From Candidatus Poseidoniaceae archaeon (lineage in GTDB: Archaea; Thermoplasmatota; Poseidoniia; Poseidoniales; Poseidoniaceae), in the NCBI GenBank assembly GCA_965662895.1, contig CBFIJH010000011.1, forward strand, positions 9,920-73,919: a DNA stretch of 64,000 nucleotides, written 5' to 3'. Of this stretch, positions 62,299-64,000 are shown piece after piece (positions within the stretch are counted from its first letter, which is position 1; every line of letters begins with the position of its first letter). The position numbers and the translations under genes were made by a program. A model generated the notes under the pieces. It made no database searches. It saw nothing but the letters and a program-made list of their open reading frames with translations, and had not been told where the DNA came from.

Positions 62299-63378
62299 CT
62301 ATTCTTCCTCGATGTTGTTCGCCATCATCAAAGCGACCGAGCGCGTCTTCTCGTTTTCATCTAGAATGAGTCGTGCAATGATGATGATTGGAGCTCCAAT
62401 GATTGCACCAGCAATTCCCCAGACCTGAGAAAACAACATCACTGTTAACAACAAAACGAAGGGGGATATTCCTATTTTGGCTCCGGATAAATTTGGCTCA
62501 ACAAACGATCCAAAGACTTGCTGATTGCCAATGAGTAGGGCAATCATGAGCAGAGCCATTCCCGGTTCAAGCAAGATGACTCCAATAATGACGGGGGGAA
62601 TTGTTGCGAAGAGTGCTCCCAAGATTGGAATAAAATCCAACAAAAAGCACAAAATTCCAAACAAAAACCATCCAGGGACATTAAATCCGTAGAGGATGAT
62701 GGCCATGACAAGAGCTTGTCCCGCACTGCATGTCACCTTTGAGACAACATAAGCCTGGATTGATTCCGTTGATTCACTGACAATTCTCTTTGCTCTCTCG
62801 TACGAATTTGGAAATGCTGCTCCAAAACGTTGAGCGATGGTGTGCTCTTCAAGGATAATAAACAAGAGGAAAATCAAAACAGTAATCATCGTACTGAAGA
62901 ATCCACCTAATGTGCCTAGAATTCCGAGGACGAACGTTTCGATATTGCTCGGTGATGCAACACTAGCAAGAAGTTCAGCGTCTGAAAATATGACTTCAAG
63001 CCCGTAGAGATTCGAATCCGCTAAGTTCGACCTTTTTTCTTCAAATGCTTCCGTTATTCTCGGGATCTCTCCAACAAAATCGGACAGATTGTCGTACAAA
63101 AACAGCGACGTAAAGTAGACTGATACGACAAATGTCAGAAGAACTGTACCGTACGATACAAAGCGATTTCCGACCTTCTCATAGATGAATTGTTCAGGAG
63201 GCTTGATCATAAAATACAGAAGAATTGCAATGGCGAGAGGCATCAAAATTGACTTCAAATGAATTAACGAAAGATAGACCACCAAACCGACGATGGCAAC
63301 ACTAGCAGCCGTCGTTCGCTTCGAATCAATACCAACCTTGGACAATTCTTCCATGACTGCATTGATGCTTTTCTTCAT
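62299..63378 (-). CDS. AI-2E (PerM/UPF0118) family transporter
   Basis: Multi-TM; LDFIPILG, FVEPNLSG..GISP, WGIAGAIIGAP. Confidence 0.9.
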   Translation of the reverse strand: MKKSINAVMEELSKVGIDSKRTTAASVAIVGLVVYLSLIHLKSILMPLAIAILLYFMIKPPEQFIYEKVGNRFVSYGTVLLTFVVSVYFTSLFLYDNLSDFVGEIPRITEAFEEKRSNLADSNLYGLEVIFSDAELLASVASPSNIETFVLGILGTLGGFFSTMITVLIFLLFIILEEHTIAQRFGAAFPNSYERAKRIVSESTESIQAYVVSKVTCSAGQALVMAIILYGFNVPGWFLFGILCFLLDFIPILGALFATIPPVIIGVILLEPGMALLMIALLIGNQQVFGSFVEPNLSGAKIGISPFVLLLTVMLFSQVWGIAGAIIGAPIIIIARLILDENEKTRSVALMMANNIEEE

Positions 63379-63601
63379 CTAAGGTTTGCCCCGAATAACG
63401 TGTTCAAATCTGTATTTGCACACAAAGATCAATTTTGCAAGATGGTAATCAGAGGGTAGCGTCTGACAAGACCCACTGCAAGCCCTTTGGTTTCTCAATA
63501 ACTGAGCAATGGGTATTCGGATAGGCCCTATGAATCTGTCCGATAATTCAATTACTGGGCAATAGTTTATTTTCTGTTCCGATTAATTCAGCCTGCGGTG
63601 A

Positions 63602-63964
63602 ATGATTATGCCTAAATGTGGAAGATGTGGTGGTTGGTATGATGATATTTCGGTTGGATGTATTAAGTGTGGTTCAATTATTCCACCTACTGTATCACGT
63701 GTTCCCAATAACATCCAACCTAGTGTCTCACGTGTTCCCATTAACATTCGATCTCCTGAACATTCGCCATTTGGAGGGTTGCTGAGCGGGATGTTCGTTC
63801 TAATTGGTTTCATGTTTTGGTGGATGTATTGGGGATACATCGAAGATCTAGAATTAGATACTGCCCATACGATGCAGGGGCTAGCGTATATGTTCTGGGT
63901 GGCTGCAATTGTTGTCGCAATTCATTCGACTGGAAAATACATCGTGGAAAATCTCAAAAAATAA
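63602..63964 (+). CDS. Small zinc-ribbon membrane protein with internal tandem repeat
   Basis: CGRC..CIKC, two copies of PxVSRVPxNI, two TM helices; AT-rich. Confidence 0.6.
   Translation: MIMPKCGRCGGWYDDISVGCIKCGSIIPPTVSRVPNNIQPSVSRVPINIRSPEHSPFGGLLSGMFVLIGFMFWWMYWGYIEDLELDTAHTMQGLAYMFWVAAIVVAIHSTGKYIVENLKK
63686..63751 (+). repeat. In-frame 33-bp tandem duplication (2 copies, 28/33 identical)
   Basis: cctactgtatcacgtgttcccaataacatccaa versus cctagtgtctcacgtgttcccattaacattcga. Confidence 0.85.
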
Positions 63965-64000
63965 TCCACCCAGATTTGTTTCTAACTTGGATTTGCAAAG

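Overview
Gene-dense archaeal chromosomal segment, most consistent with Marine Group II Thermoplasmatota (Poseidoniales). The taxonomy is an inference from gene content: archaeal informational genes (aIF2-gamma, S6e, Cdc6/Orc1, Dph2), a complete A1Ao ATP synthase operon, smc-scpA-scpB and GGAGGTGA-type RBSs, alongside bacterial-type gyrase, class II HMG-CoA reductase and several secreted peptidases. About 50 CDS; no rRNA, tRNA, CRISPR array or transposase was recognised. The most interesting unexplained element is a helically phased, symmetric TAACG/CGTTA array (26931-27031) directly upstream of an uncharacterised three-gene operon (AAA+ ATPase with acidic linker and wHTH; beta-propeller/TPR protein; DUF357) lying between smc-scpAB and cdc6. 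Other notable items: a three-TM membrane-anchored Smr-like nuclease, GyrA ending in a canonical EF-hand, a catalytically dead site-2-protease homologue after the ATP synthase operon, a GcvH paralogue without the lipoyl lysine, a class II CCA-type nucleotidyltransferase, a TMK-wHTH fusion, and a pilin-LTD gene with a KaiC-like triad. All domain calls are by-eye motif recognition, not database searches.
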